From Thermofilum adornatum (lineage in GTDB: Archaea > Thermoproteota > Thermoprotei > Thermofilales > Thermofilaceae), in assembly GCF_000446015.1 (NCBI RefSeq), contig NC_022093.1, forward strand, positions 30,001-62,000: a stretch of 32,000 nt of DNA, written 5' to 3'. The notes under the pieces were generated by a model. That model saw only the letters and a program-made list of their open reading frames with translations. It did not search any database and was not told the origin of the DNA. Position numbers and translations under genes: made by a program. This document shows positions 15,993-24,741 of the stretch, piece by piece (the stretch's first letter is position 1; the number at the start of each line of letters is the position of its first letter).

Positions 15993-18098
15993 TTAGCTCA
16001 ATTGCTGTTCAGCCTTTTCCTGTGAAGTTTTCTCCCTTTCGTTTTTATTTTGTCTCTTGGATCTGATATACAAAAGGGAAACAAAGAGAAGAAGTACTAC
16101 TAGTAGTATGTTTATTGCAATAGAGTAGCCCAGAGCTGTTTCTGTCCGTGAAAGCTTTACGGCCAGTTCCTTGTACTGGGCTTGGAGTTTGAGCAGTGTC
16201 TCCATTGTGTCCATATAGTCGTTTATCACTTGTGAGAGCCTTGTCTGTAGGTATGTACAGTTCTGGAGGCACGACTCGTAGAGTGACTTGTATGTTTCTG
16301 CGTCCAGAATGTATTTTGTAGCGTTCTCTATGCAGGACTGTAGGAATGTTTTGTAGGCTTGGAGCTCGGTCTCGTTTATGCATTTTTTGCTTTCTAGCTG
16401 TTGTTGGATTGAAAGAAGCGGCACATATTTCCTGAAGACTTTTTCTGCAAGTTTACCTAAGACGTTGTAGCCTGTCTCGTCCTCTTTCCAGGAGCCCTCG
16501 TCCCAGTAGAAGAAGCCGTTTATTCTTCGCGACTCCTTCAAGAAGAATATCTCCCACAAGCTTGCCTGGGCCTCTTGGTCTGGTTTCCCTCTTCTCTGCC
16601 AGTCCCACGGCTGGAGACCTGGGTTTTCCACGCTCCTGTACCCTATCTCTAGGAATACGACTGGTTTCCCGTAGAGGAACACCAGTGGCTCTATTCTTGT
16701 CTCGTGCACGATGTCCCAGCTCGTAATATTCAGGATTGGGTAATACGCATCTACACCTATGAAGTCAAGCATGTCGGTAAATATCGTGGCCTCGTGTCCC
16801 CAGTTGGCAGAATAGCTTATTGGTCCACTATATTTTGCTTTGACCTTTAAGATGAGGGGGCGCCAGCTGGGGTCGGCCTGTAGCATGGAGAGCTCTGTCC
16901 CAATGATATAGGCATCTACGCTTTTTTCTTGAGCTATTTCCGCATACTTGAGGAGTATAGCCTCGTAGCTCTTGAACCAGAAGTCCCTATTTAGCGGGTT
17001 TACCTCTCCGCTCCAGCTATTTTTGACGTTTAACCCTATTCTTAGGAAGACCTTGAATCCCCTCTGTTTAGCAGCGTCTATAGCGTAGCCAAGCTGGTCG
17101 TCTGGGACTGTTACACTGGAGGTGTGGATAACGCTAAACACCGGAGAGTCCATCTCATAGTAGACTGTGTACTGGACACTGTTGAATCCTATGTCCTTGA
17201 GTTGGTCTAGGAGGTTTTCGAGCCACCCCTTTGGGAAGTCTCCCCATAGGGGCACGTTTACGCCGAGAAAGTACATGGATGCGTTAGAAGGCTCAGAGAA
17301 CGGGTAAAATACGTTGCTGTCCTCTCCGTAGTCTTCCTGTATCGCTACCGCGTCGCATCCCCCATATATGTAGGTTAAGGCATCGTAGCCAATCATCTTG
17401 TTGAGGGGACTCGTAGAGGCCTTTGTGGATACTATGCACCACGTAGACGCATTAACAGCTTTGGCGGCGCTTGCCATCTTGTAGTAGTGGTCGATGTATT
17501 CCCACTTCTTCTCCCCATAACCGTAGACCGCGCTTTCAATCACTATCTCCACGCCTGAGAGATTAAGAGAGACGCCTCCTACAGGGCCGAAGACGTCATC
17601 TGGGTTCCAGAAGTTTATCGCTACCCTCATGTTCTTGCTCTTGACGTAGTCTATGAGCTCTTTCTGGTGTAGCCTAGCCTGCTGCTTGTTCGAGGCGACT
17701 CTTCCCACTAGATAGTCGAAGCCGAACTCGTCGAGGAATATGCCAGCTACGCCCATGTCTGTCCACAGGTCTATCCTTTTCTTTGCTTCGTCTAGTGGCA
17801 AAGTAGACTGCACATATCCGTAGAAAGTCGCCCTTGATCTCTGGATAATCTTCAATGCGTTAAGGTGGTCTGGATGTTCAGGCGACTCTAGCCCCGCTCC
17901 TAGAACTACAATGTCGTATTTGTCGAAGAGTCTTGCAGCGCCCTGTATAGTAGTGCTACCGTTGAAGAGGCTCGGGTAGCCGTAATAGATAAGTAGCTTT
18001 TTTGGCTTGTTCTGTGGAGAGACAGAGGGATAGCCATATGCTATAGCCATCGCTATAATTATTACAGCGATCAATGCAAGCGATACAATCCTAGACAT
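15993..18098 (-). CDS. Doubly anchored extracellular protein with two glycosidase-like TIM-barrel regions and a C-terminal coiled-coil stalk
   Basis: N-terminal signal anchor. Region 1 (LLIYYGYPS...YDIVVLGAG...FYGYVQST...GVAGIFLDEFGFDY) resembles the spherulin-4/GH135 or GH114 pattern. Region 2 (AYIIGTELS...ISYSANWGHE...LDFIGVDAYYP...VVFLEIGYRS) resembles clan GH-A/GH113-like enzymes with two candidate catalytic Glu. This is followed by a Cys/sequon-bearing coiled coil, a TM helix (ALGYSIAINILLVVLLLFVSLLYI) and a Lys/Glu-rich tail. Confidence 0.65.
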   Translation of the reverse strand: MSRIVSLALIAVIIIAMAIAYGYPSVSPQNKPKKLLIYYGYPSLFNGSTTIQGAARLFDKYDIVVLGAGLESPEHPDHLNALKIIQRSRATFYGYVQSTLPLDEAKKRIDLWTDMGVAGIFLDEFGFDYLVGRVASNKQQARLHQKELIDYVKSKNMRVAINFWNPDDVFGPVGGVSLNLSGVEIVIESAVYGYGEKKWEYIDHYYKMASAAKAVNASTWCIVSTKASTSPLNKMIGYDALTYIYGGCDAVAIQEDYGEDSNVFYPFSEPSNASMYFLGVNVPLWGDFPKGWLENLLDQLKDIGFNSVQYTVYYEMDSPVFSVIHTSSVTVPDDQLGYAIDAAKQRGFKVFLRIGLNVKNSWSGEVNPLNRDFWFKSYEAILLKYAEIAQEKSVDAYIIGTELSMLQADPSWRPLILKVKAKYSGPISYSANWGHEATIFTDMLDFIGVDAYYPILNITSWDIVHETRIEPLVFLYGKPVVFLEIGYRSVENPGLQPWDWQRRGKPDQEAQASLWEIFFLKESRRINGFFYWDEGSWKEDETGYNVLGKLAEKVFRKYVPLLSIQQQLESKKCINETELQAYKTFLQSCIENATKYILDAETYKSLYESCLQNCTYLQTRLSQVINDYMDTMETLLKLQAQYKELAVKLSRTETALGYSIAINILLVVLLLFVSLLYIRSKRQNKNEREKTSQEKAEQQLS

Positions 18099-18138
18099 TT
18101 ACCCCACGGGGTCTTATATTTAGAGACATTTAATTATC

Positions 18139-19005
18139 TTATCTGTGCCAATTTTCCCGACAATGCCCTACAAAGGGACATTCTCTACATTTTTGGCGGG
18201 AACAGTAGGTCGTGCTGTGATGATAAAAGACTGTTTGAACCCAGCCTGCAATTGTTCCATACTCGTTGCCAAGTTTAGCCCTCAAACAAGTGTTGTACGC
18301 GGGGCATTCCCCGCAGGAATGCTTTGTGCACAGCTCTTTTCTTGGTGGGCTTCCCGCTATTCCAAGGCGTCTAGCCATTCTTAGGGCGTGTCTATCTATT
18401 GGCGTAGCTGAGGGGTCTATACCTGTAAACAGTAGGTATGCATCTGCAGTTTTGGGTCCCACATGGTCTAGCCTCAGAAGCGCCTTTCGTGCCTCCCAAG
18501 GGTCTTCCAAAGGATAAACGTTTTCGACATATTGCCTGAAGACACGGTTCAACTGTCTTAGCTGGAAACTTGTCCCGAACTTTGTAAAATCTAAGCGGAG
18601 CAGTTCTTCTATGTCGTCCTTTTCGAAAATCCTTTCTGTCCATTTCAGGACATTTGTTTCCCAAGAGGTTGTGCGGCTCAAAAATACCGCGATGAATATT
18701 AGGTGTCGGTCGCTGGGACTAATAGCAAGCCCTAGATCCCTATGGGCATAGAACAGTGACCCGGCTCTCTCTACTATTTTTTCTTTTCCGAGCCAGAGTC
18801 CACTCCAGTGCCTCAGGTCAAGTGTATCGCAGTCCTCGCAGTATACGTTTGCACCGTTTTGCCATAGCTTTGCTCCTTTGCCTTTCCCGGCAATCTTTAC
18901 GTATTTTAATCCACGGCGCCGAAAAAGTGGCCTTATAAATGAGGGTTTAAGCGTTTCTTCCAGGCTGAAGCCTTCCCACGACTGAATGTAAATCATTTCT
19001 TGCAT
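18139..19005 (-). CDS. HhH-GPD superfamily DNA glycosylase (probably bifunctional glycosylase/lyase) with a duplicated Cys motif
   Basis: Helix-hairpin-helix LLRLDHVGPKTADAYLLF with Lys in the hairpin (as in Nth/Ogg), and a downstream Asp (TPIDRHA). The C-terminus carries CTKHSCGECPAYNTC and CSRQKCRECPFVGHC. Confidence 0.8.
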   Translation of the reverse strand: MQEMIYIQSWEGFSLEETLKPSFIRPLFRRRGLKYVKIAGKGKGAKLWQNGANVYCEDCDTLDLRHWSGLWLGKEKIVERAGSLFYAHRDLGLAISPSDRHLIFIAVFLSRTTSWETNVLKWTERIFEKDDIEELLRLDFTKFGTSFQLRQLNRVFRQYVENVYPLEDPWEARKALLRLDHVGPKTADAYLLFTGIDPSATPIDRHALRMARRLGIAGSPPRKELCTKHSCGECPAYNTCLRAKLGNEYGTIAGWVQTVFYHHSTTYCSRQKCRECPFVGHCRENWHR

Positions 19006-19085
19006 GAAGGAGGGGGGCGGGGTTTATATTTTCTCTTCCTGGGCAACAAACTATTTTTAGGTAAAGGCGCATGGAAAAACTGTAG
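19006..19085. promoter_or_regulatory. Divergent promoter region (glycosylase / radical SAM)
   Basis: aaaatataaa (minus-strand reading of 19023-19032) lies 18-27 nt from the ATG at 19005. ctatttttagg (19051-19061) lies 25-35 nt from the ATG at 19086. Confidence 0.35.
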
Positions 19086-19817
19086 ATGTCCACACATAGC
19101 GACGCTCGGCAAGGCTATGACCCCCTAAAGTTGGGAGAAGCGGTTCAGGCGCATGTAGTGAGGGGAGACGAGAGGAAATATTATCGGTTTAGGGGTGGCA
19201 AGTGGTATGGAGGCATCGCTACAGCGTACTGTGTCGGCTGTAACTTGAGGTGCGTGTTTTGCTGGGGCTGGAAGGCAAGGGACAACTTCAAGACATATGG
19301 AGACTACTACGGGCCAGAAGATGTCTACAGGAGGCTTGTAGGTATAGCATCAAGGAAAAATTATAGGTATGTTAGGGTCTCTGGGAACGAGCCGACCCTT
19401 GCGTGGAGCCACCTGCTAAAAATTCTCGAGTATTTTGACCAGGATGGCCGCTTCCGCTTTATCCTCGAAACGAACGGCATCGTTATCGGGGCAGACAAGT
19501 CCAAGGCGAGAGACCTTTCAAAGTTCGGAGTGATCCACGTCAGGGTTTCACTTAAGGGTACAAACGAGGAGGAGTTCCAAATGCTTACAGGTGCAGGGGG
19601 CGAGTTCTTCAGCTACCAGCTAAAGGCTCTTGAGAACCTCCTCAACTATGGTGTAAGGGTTCATCCAGCTGTGATGTTCTCTTTTTCTAGTGATAAAAAC
19701 GTCGAGGAACTAAAAAATAGGCTTGCCAATATCGATAAGAGGCTGGTAGAAGAATTCGAGGAAGAATATGTCTTTCTATACCCTCACGTTGTTGCACAGC
19801 TTGAGAAATCAGGCTGA
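19086..19817 (+). CDS. Radical SAM domain protein
   Basis: CNLRCVFC (C-x3-C-x2-C) at 19239-19262 within YCVGCNLRCVFCWGW, followed by a GNEPTL glycine-rich SAM-binding-like motif. 243 aa. No subfamily assigned. Confidence 0.85.
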   Translation: MSTHSDARQGYDPLKLGEAVQAHVVRGDERKYYRFRGGKWYGGIATAYCVGCNLRCVFCWGWKARDNFKTYGDYYGPEDVYRRLVGIASRKNYRYVRVSGNEPTLAWSHLLKILEYFDQDGRFRFILETNGIVIGADKSKARDLSKFGVIHVRVSLKGTNEEEFQMLTGAGGEFFSYQLKALENLLNYGVRVHPAVMFSFSSDKNVEELKNRLANIDKRLVEEFEEEYVFLYPHVVAQLEKSG

Positions 19818-19943
19818 AAACCTAGAATAGCATATGAGCCCAGCAATATCCCTGAGGAGCTGGTTTGAATGGTGTTGTCAATATAGTCTATATTGTTAAA
19901 GTCAAGTTTAAATAGCTCTTCATAAATATAATGTCGAAGAAAA

Positions 19944-21665
19944 ATGAAAAGGCGGAATAATTGGAACGCACAGAGAAGAGTTGCCGGAGAAATGCTTCGC
20001 AATGTGCTTCGGTCTAATATACTCGTCTGGACCGGTATACTTGTATCAGTTGCCACGATGCTCTTTTCTAGCTGGCTTTCTGTCTTGCCGTTAGTCCTGC
20101 TAGCACTTGCTCTGAGCATTATGGCATCTGAGAGACGGGGCATAAACTACAGGTTGCTCGCTTTTCTGCTGGGCCTCGTTTCTTTCCTTGTGGCAGTATT
20201 CGTATTTGCTACCATTCCTCCACTTTATCTCTCTTGGATAGCCTTTTTTGGCTTTCTCTTGGTTCTATCTGCTAGGAACTCGAAGATCCTCGTGGTGTTC
20301 ATAATCCTCTTGTTTGTAATCCTGCCTCTTCTTGTAGCCTTCAGGGAGTACCTGACGGTTTCTACCTACAACATTGTAAGGGTTGGCTCCCCAGAGGAGC
20401 TGAAGACCCTCTTTAATAACCCGGGCTCTGTCGTCCTCGTTGGACACGCGATGGCCGATGCGGTCGCGCATACACAGCTTTCCCCCAACGAGAGGATAGC
20501 AGAATGGGAAGAAGTGGTCATAAACGGGACTCCTTACTGGATATTTGCAGTTACACCATTAAACACAATTGCGCAGAACTATGTTAGCAAGCTTATACTT
20601 GTAGATGTCCAGACAGGAGAGACTAAAGCGATACCCGTCCACATGTCGGTTGGCTCGGGACTCTGGCTTACCAACAGCATTGAGCTGAGAAGCTTCCTCT
20701 TGAGTAGCCAGCCAATAGGAAATACCTACCCATTCATCCATGGAGGCAAGCCCTACTTCGCCGCATGCGTGAATAGGCTTGCAAATCTGGGACTCTCAGA
20801 GTACCCAGGCGAGGTATACGTGTATGACCAGGACGGAAACCTGAGAAGGTCTCCCCAGTTCAGCGGAGACATGTCTATGCCTGAGAACTATGACTGGGAG
20901 TACCTAGACTGGTACGTTGGGAAGTGGCTCTACTATCTCTCTAGCCTGTCGCCGGTCTCCCACTCTTTCTTCTCGAGGGGGTTCCTATGGATCCCAGCGA
21001 GCCAATACAGCCAGGACCTGCTCAACATGACTCTACTGTTGCCTGGAAGAAGCGGCGACACTGTCCGCGTGTATTTCGGCGTTAGCCCCAACAACCCGAA
21101 CAGCATAGTCTCGATAATCATAGCAAACAATACAGGTGTCTATTATTATGACGTCAAGACATTGGGAATCTACAGCCCATACTACGTCCAGTCCCTAGTG
21201 CAGGCAAAGCTACCAGCGATAAGCGGGGGACACCTATACTCAAAATACGCACAGCTAGTCTACTCCAATGGCTACCTATGGGTTATACCCATATACGCCC
21301 AGACAAACGTGGTCTCCCTCTGGGGTCTAGCCCTAGTTAACGCGACAAGCCCGTCCGAGATGAGCATTTACCAGTATTCGCCCAGCTACGGGTCCTACAA
21401 AGACTTCCTAGCAATGGCGCTCAGCTTAGGCACAGGTCAAATAAGCCATCCGACATGCAAAGTTGTAGCGGGCAACGTGACCCGCTTACTACAGTTTGTC
21501 TACAAGGGCGACACCTACTTGGTTCTCGAGGTTAACGGAAGACTACTATACGCGACCCCAGACATCGGCATCCAGGAGTTTACGAGGCTCCTCACAGTCA
21601 AGACAGGCGACCAGGTGAGGCTTTGCGTCAGCGATGATAGGATTGTCCAGGTTTTTAAGCCTTAG
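19944..21665 (+). CDS. Polytopic membrane protein with a large C-terminal extracytoplasmic domain (hypothetical, faint UPF0182-like resemblance)
   Basis: About 5-6 TM helices in the first ~135 aa, then about 430 aa that look soluble. The C-terminal stretch (AQLVYSNGYLWVIPIYAQTNVVSLWGLALVN) is reminiscent of the ...LYVEPIYL... region of UPF0182/COG1615 proteins. This resemblance is weak and recalled from memory. A TATA-like cataaatataa lies upstream (19921-19931). Confidence 0.65.
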   Translation: MKRRNNWNAQRRVAGEMLRNVLRSNILVWTGILVSVATMLFSSWLSVLPLVLLALALSIMASERRGINYRLLAFLLGLVSFLVAVFVFATIPPLYLSWIAFFGFLLVLSARNSKILVVFIILLFVILPLLVAFREYLTVSTYNIVRVGSPEELKTLFNNPGSVVLVGHAMADAVAHTQLSPNERIAEWEEVVINGTPYWIFAVTPLNTIAQNYVSKLILVDVQTGETKAIPVHMSVGSGLWLTNSIELRSFLLSSQPIGNTYPFIHGGKPYFAACVNRLANLGLSEYPGEVYVYDQDGNLRRSPQFSGDMSMPENYDWEYLDWYVGKWLYYLSSLSPVSHSFFSRGFLWIPASQYSQDLLNMTLLLPGRSGDTVRVYFGVSPNNPNSIVSIIIANNTGVYYYDVKTLGIYSPYYVQSLVQAKLPAISGGHLYSKYAQLVYSNGYLWVIPIYAQTNVVSLWGLALVNATSPSEMSIYQYSPSYGSYKDFLAMALSLGTGQISHPTCKVVAGNVTRLLQFVYKGDTYLVLEVNGRLLYATPDIGIQEFTRLLTVKTGDQVRLCVSDDRIVQVFKP

Positions 21666-21688
21666 TTAAGCAAGCAACTTCAATGGAT

Positions 21689-21700
21689 CCTTTTTTCTAT
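21689..21700 (+). terminator. Oligo-T tract after the 19944..21665 gene
   Basis: ccttttttctat with a T6 run at 21691-21696, about 25 nt after the stop codon. Confidence 0.35.
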
Positions 21701-21711
21701 AATATTCTAGG

Positions 21712-22107
21712 TTATGGTATTATGTGTAGCCCACTCCTAGAGGCGAGTTTTCTCAGCTTCTTGTCATAAGTTGCAAGTGCGCCTTCACGGAGAGCAACAC
21801 TGAACACGATATAGTCGTTCAACGTCTCTAGCGAAGCTCCCTCTTCCAGCATTCTACCTATGCCTCTCCGCACAGTTTCATAGTCCTCACATATAAGCTC
21901 AAAATCTGACAACTCCTTCATCTTGAGCTCTAAAAAAGAAGGATTACCTGTAAGCCTGGCAAGTACCCAGAGATACTCGTAGAGAACAATGCGAGGCACT
22001 ACTACCTCGTTTTCTTGGAGTACCGCGTAAGCCTCTTTATGATGCTCGCTGTCCTCGAAAGTAGCATACACAAGAACATTAGTGTCAACTACTACTCGAT
22101 GCCTCAT
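21712..22107 (-). CDS. vapC: PIN-domain ribonuclease, VapC-type toxin
   Basis: VVVDTNVLVYA N-terminal PIN motif. 131 aa. It overlaps the upstream AbrB-type antitoxin gene by 23 nt. Confidence 0.85.
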   Translation of the reverse strand: MRHRVVVDTNVLVYATFEDSEHHKEAYAVLQENEVVVPRIVLYEYLWVLARLTGNPSFLELKMKELSDFELICEDYETVRRGIGRMLEEGASLETLNDYIVFSVALREGALATYDKKLRKLASRSGLHIIP

Positions 22108-22321
22108 CCAGAGCCTCCCTGACTATCTCATCGATGTCTTCTGGGCTTAGACTTCTGCCGAGCCTAAGCGTAGTCCACCTCCTCCTGTAAGGTTTCACGA
22201 GAATTACTCCGCCCTCTTCGTCAAGCTCTACTTCGACGTAGTCTCCCTCCTTTATGCCAATCCTGCTTCTTATATCTGCTGGTATAGTAATCTGGAAGTT
22301 CCTAGTAACTTTAACCCGCAT
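22085..22321 (-). CDS. vapB: AbrB/SpoVT (MazE-like) antitoxin, VapB-type
   Basis: From the internal ATG at 22321: MRVKVTRNFQITIPADIRSRIGIKEGDYVEVELDEEGGVILVKP, a swapped-hairpin AbrB signature. A TATA-like tttatttatta lies about 25-35 nt upstream on the minus strand. Confidence 0.85.
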   Translation of the reverse strand: MRVKVTRNFQITIPADIRSRIGIKEGDYVEVELDEEGGVILVKPYRRRWTTLRLGRSLSPEDIDEIVREALDEASSSS

Positions 22322-22465
22322 AGTAAAAATATGTAACATCTAATAAATAAATCTTTCTAGTATAAAGGAGGAAAATAAAACCTTTCAACAAAGCAGGAGG
22401 GCAAAGATAGTTGCCGTGCTAAATGCGGAAAACTAGCAAGCCGTTCTAATCTAAATTTTCACATC

Positions 22466-24607
22466 TTACAATATCTCTCGGGCTTTCCTGATGCACTCTT
22501 CCCTGAATGCATTGTAGGCCTCTGTGAAGCCTTTCATTGTCTTTGTTCTCGAGCCGAAGCTGGCCCACTCGTTTGGCTTTAGGCCTCCTGTGCCCATCTC
22601 TTCTACCCCATAGATTCCGACCTCTTTAAGAGTCTTTGCAAGTTCTGGCGTGAGCTCGTAGGCCTTCCTGAAGTCCTCGATCGTCAATAATGTTTCTAGA
22701 ACTTCTGGGCTGTGTTTCCTGGTTATTGACCAGTCGTAGTCCTCGAGTCTTAACCCTTTTTCGGCGTACTCTAGGTGGACGTTGAGCTGGTGGTTGGGAA
22801 ACTCAGTGTTTGTCATGTTTCTCCTGGCTAGTGTTAGGTATGTGTCGGAGGGCTTTCTCTTTGACGCTGGTAGGACGTCTATGCCTCTTAGAACCTGTTC
22901 GGCTTGCGTGGGGTTGATGCTGTAGTTCTTGACGAGGTAGCTTATCCATTTTGGATAGTTTTCGTCGCTGAAGAATATCCACCAGACTCTTTGGGCCACA
23001 AGGGTTCCTGCGAGGCTGATTGCCTCCTCGTATCTCTTCAGGTAGGCCATGACCTCTTCTAGCGTTTTCCCGTGGGTGCCTGCCTTTAGTAGGAAATCGG
23101 CTAGAGCCTCGCTTGCAAGGGTCCTTATGTATGCCTGGCTAGCTGTCAGGTAGGCTTTTTCCTCCAGGCTAGACGCCTCCACGCTGTATCCCCAGCCCGT
23201 CGGTGCACGCCATGTTTTGCCTGGCTCCGCCCCGGGAACCCCGAGCCTCTTTGCCAGCTCTGCTAAGGCTTGCTCGGGCTGCTCGAGCCTTCTCAGCGCT
23301 TCTAGTATTAGTTCGGCCGCCTTGGCTTCTCTTAGATGTGCCTCGAGCCTGCCACCCATGTTTGTCTCGTATACTTTGGTTAGTCTAACTCCTCTCTTCA
23401 CTGCTTCTGTCCTCCCCTCTATTTTGGCTAGGATGAGCTGGACCTCTTGGGAAACAGTAAACGTGACTGTGTTGTTTGTGCCTATACCGAGGCTTTCAAG
23501 CCTCCTAGTTATCTCTATGGACGCCTCGCTACTACCTGCGACCTTAAACACGATGTTGGGTCTTCCTCTTTCCAAGTGGCTTGGCCATCCCCAGAGCAGG
23601 TACGCGTCGTATCGCCTAAAGTAGTCTTCACTTAGCTGGTAGATCCTCATTGCGTCTCTCAGGCTTCCCTCAACATCATCAGCAACGTTTGGGTTTAACT
23701 GGTAGCTGACCATCCCGTCCTGAAAGTCTAAGAGATAGGCGGCTGGCCTCAAAACCTCCATGTTAGGCCATAGAGCAATCAGTGTAGCTGCCATGGCCAG
23801 GGCGTCAGGGTCTTTTTCGATGTTTTCGACTAGTTCTGGGTGCTTCTTGAGGTAATCTTTGAACCTGTCCCAGAGAGAGGGGTCGTCCTTGTAGGCCTCG
23901 GCTGCAAGAACGGGATTCGTGGATACCTGGACGAAGCCCATGTGCCTGAGCCATCTCAGTCCAAGGGCGTAGTCGTTGCCGAACCTGCATAGACCCAGCT
24001 TAGACATCTTGTAGTATGCGTTGGCTTGGAGTTCTCGTACAGCCTCAAAGAGGAAGCTGGATGCAGGAAATGCTGGGTCAATTTTCTTCTCTATTTTTTC
24101 AGCCATCCATGCAAGCATGCTCTTTGTTTTTGGGTTGCTTGACATGACCTTCTTCATGTCTCCCAGAATGTGGTCGACAATGTACTTGGCGGATACGGGC
24201 TCTGCTACCTTACTTCTCTCTTCTTTTTCTAGTGAGGAAACTTCCTCCCTGATAAAAGACAGCGCCTTGACTCGTTCCTTTTCAGGTATTTTTGCCCAGT
24301 CGGCCTCTAGTCCAGCGGTGTTTAGGGCTATTTCTATTAGAAGCTGGTAGATCCATGCCCTCTTTGCAAGCTTTTCTTCGCTACTAGCCGACTCCAGTCT
24401 TAGAAATTCTAGGTGTGCTTGCCTGCATACTTGACCAACGATTCGCGAGTACTCGCCGATTGTTGCAGGATTTAGGATGTTGTCGGCTCCCAGCTCTGGG
24501 TATCCTTTTAGTGCTAGGTACACAGCAAGAGAAGAATGGTCATGTGTAGGTGGGACTGTGGGGAGTTCTTCTCGGTATAAAAACGGGGGGCTTTTAGGAC
24601 TCGACAT
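22466..24607 (-). CDS. Large (713 aa) protein with a divergent transaldolase/fructose-6-phosphate-aldolase-like TIM-barrel core
   Basis: Residues ~205-425 carry the TAL/FSA motif series in order: FGND (FLDT-like Asp), VQVSTNPVL (TTNP), GMVSYQLNPNVADDVEG (VS.EV...; Glu replaced by Gln as in FSA), NIVFKVAGS (iKIP Schiff-base Lys), GIGTNNTVTFTVSQ (GI.tN.TL.FS..Q), YETNMGGRLE (SPFVGR). The ~200 aa N-terminal and ~290 aa C-terminal helical extensions are unrecognised. Confidence 0.55.
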   Translation of the reverse strand: MSSPKSPPFLYREELPTVPPTHDHSSLAVYLALKGYPELGADNILNPATIGEYSRIVGQVCRQAHLEFLRLESASSEEKLAKRAWIYQLLIEIALNTAGLEADWAKIPEKERVKALSFIREEVSSLEKEERSKVAEPVSAKYIVDHILGDMKKVMSSNPKTKSMLAWMAEKIEKKIDPAFPASSFLFEAVRELQANAYYKMSKLGLCRFGNDYALGLRWLRHMGFVQVSTNPVLAAEAYKDDPSLWDRFKDYLKKHPELVENIEKDPDALAMAATLIALWPNMEVLRPAAYLLDFQDGMVSYQLNPNVADDVEGSLRDAMRIYQLSEDYFRRYDAYLLWGWPSHLERGRPNIVFKVAGSSEASIEITRRLESLGIGTNNTVTFTVSQEVQLILAKIEGRTEAVKRGVRLTKVYETNMGGRLEAHLREAKAAELILEALRRLEQPEQALAELAKRLGVPGAEPGKTWRAPTGWGYSVEASSLEEKAYLTASQAYIRTLASEALADFLLKAGTHGKTLEEVMAYLKRYEEAISLAGTLVAQRVWWIFFSDENYPKWISYLVKNYSINPTQAEQVLRGIDVLPASKRKPSDTYLTLARRNMTNTEFPNHQLNVHLEYAEKGLRLEDYDWSITRKHSPEVLETLLTIEDFRKAYELTPELAKTLKEVGIYGVEEMGTGGLKPNEWASFGSRTKTMKGFTEAYNAFREECIRKAREIL

Positions 24608-24741
24608 GTGTAGGTTTTCTTATACAACTGCATATTATCTTTTTTGGCAAGACTTATATGAAGGGCTGTACAAATCCTTGAACACATGTGTCCAATACGT
24701 GGCTTAATTAGGCTGGGCTACCAACTATTTCTTGACAGAAA

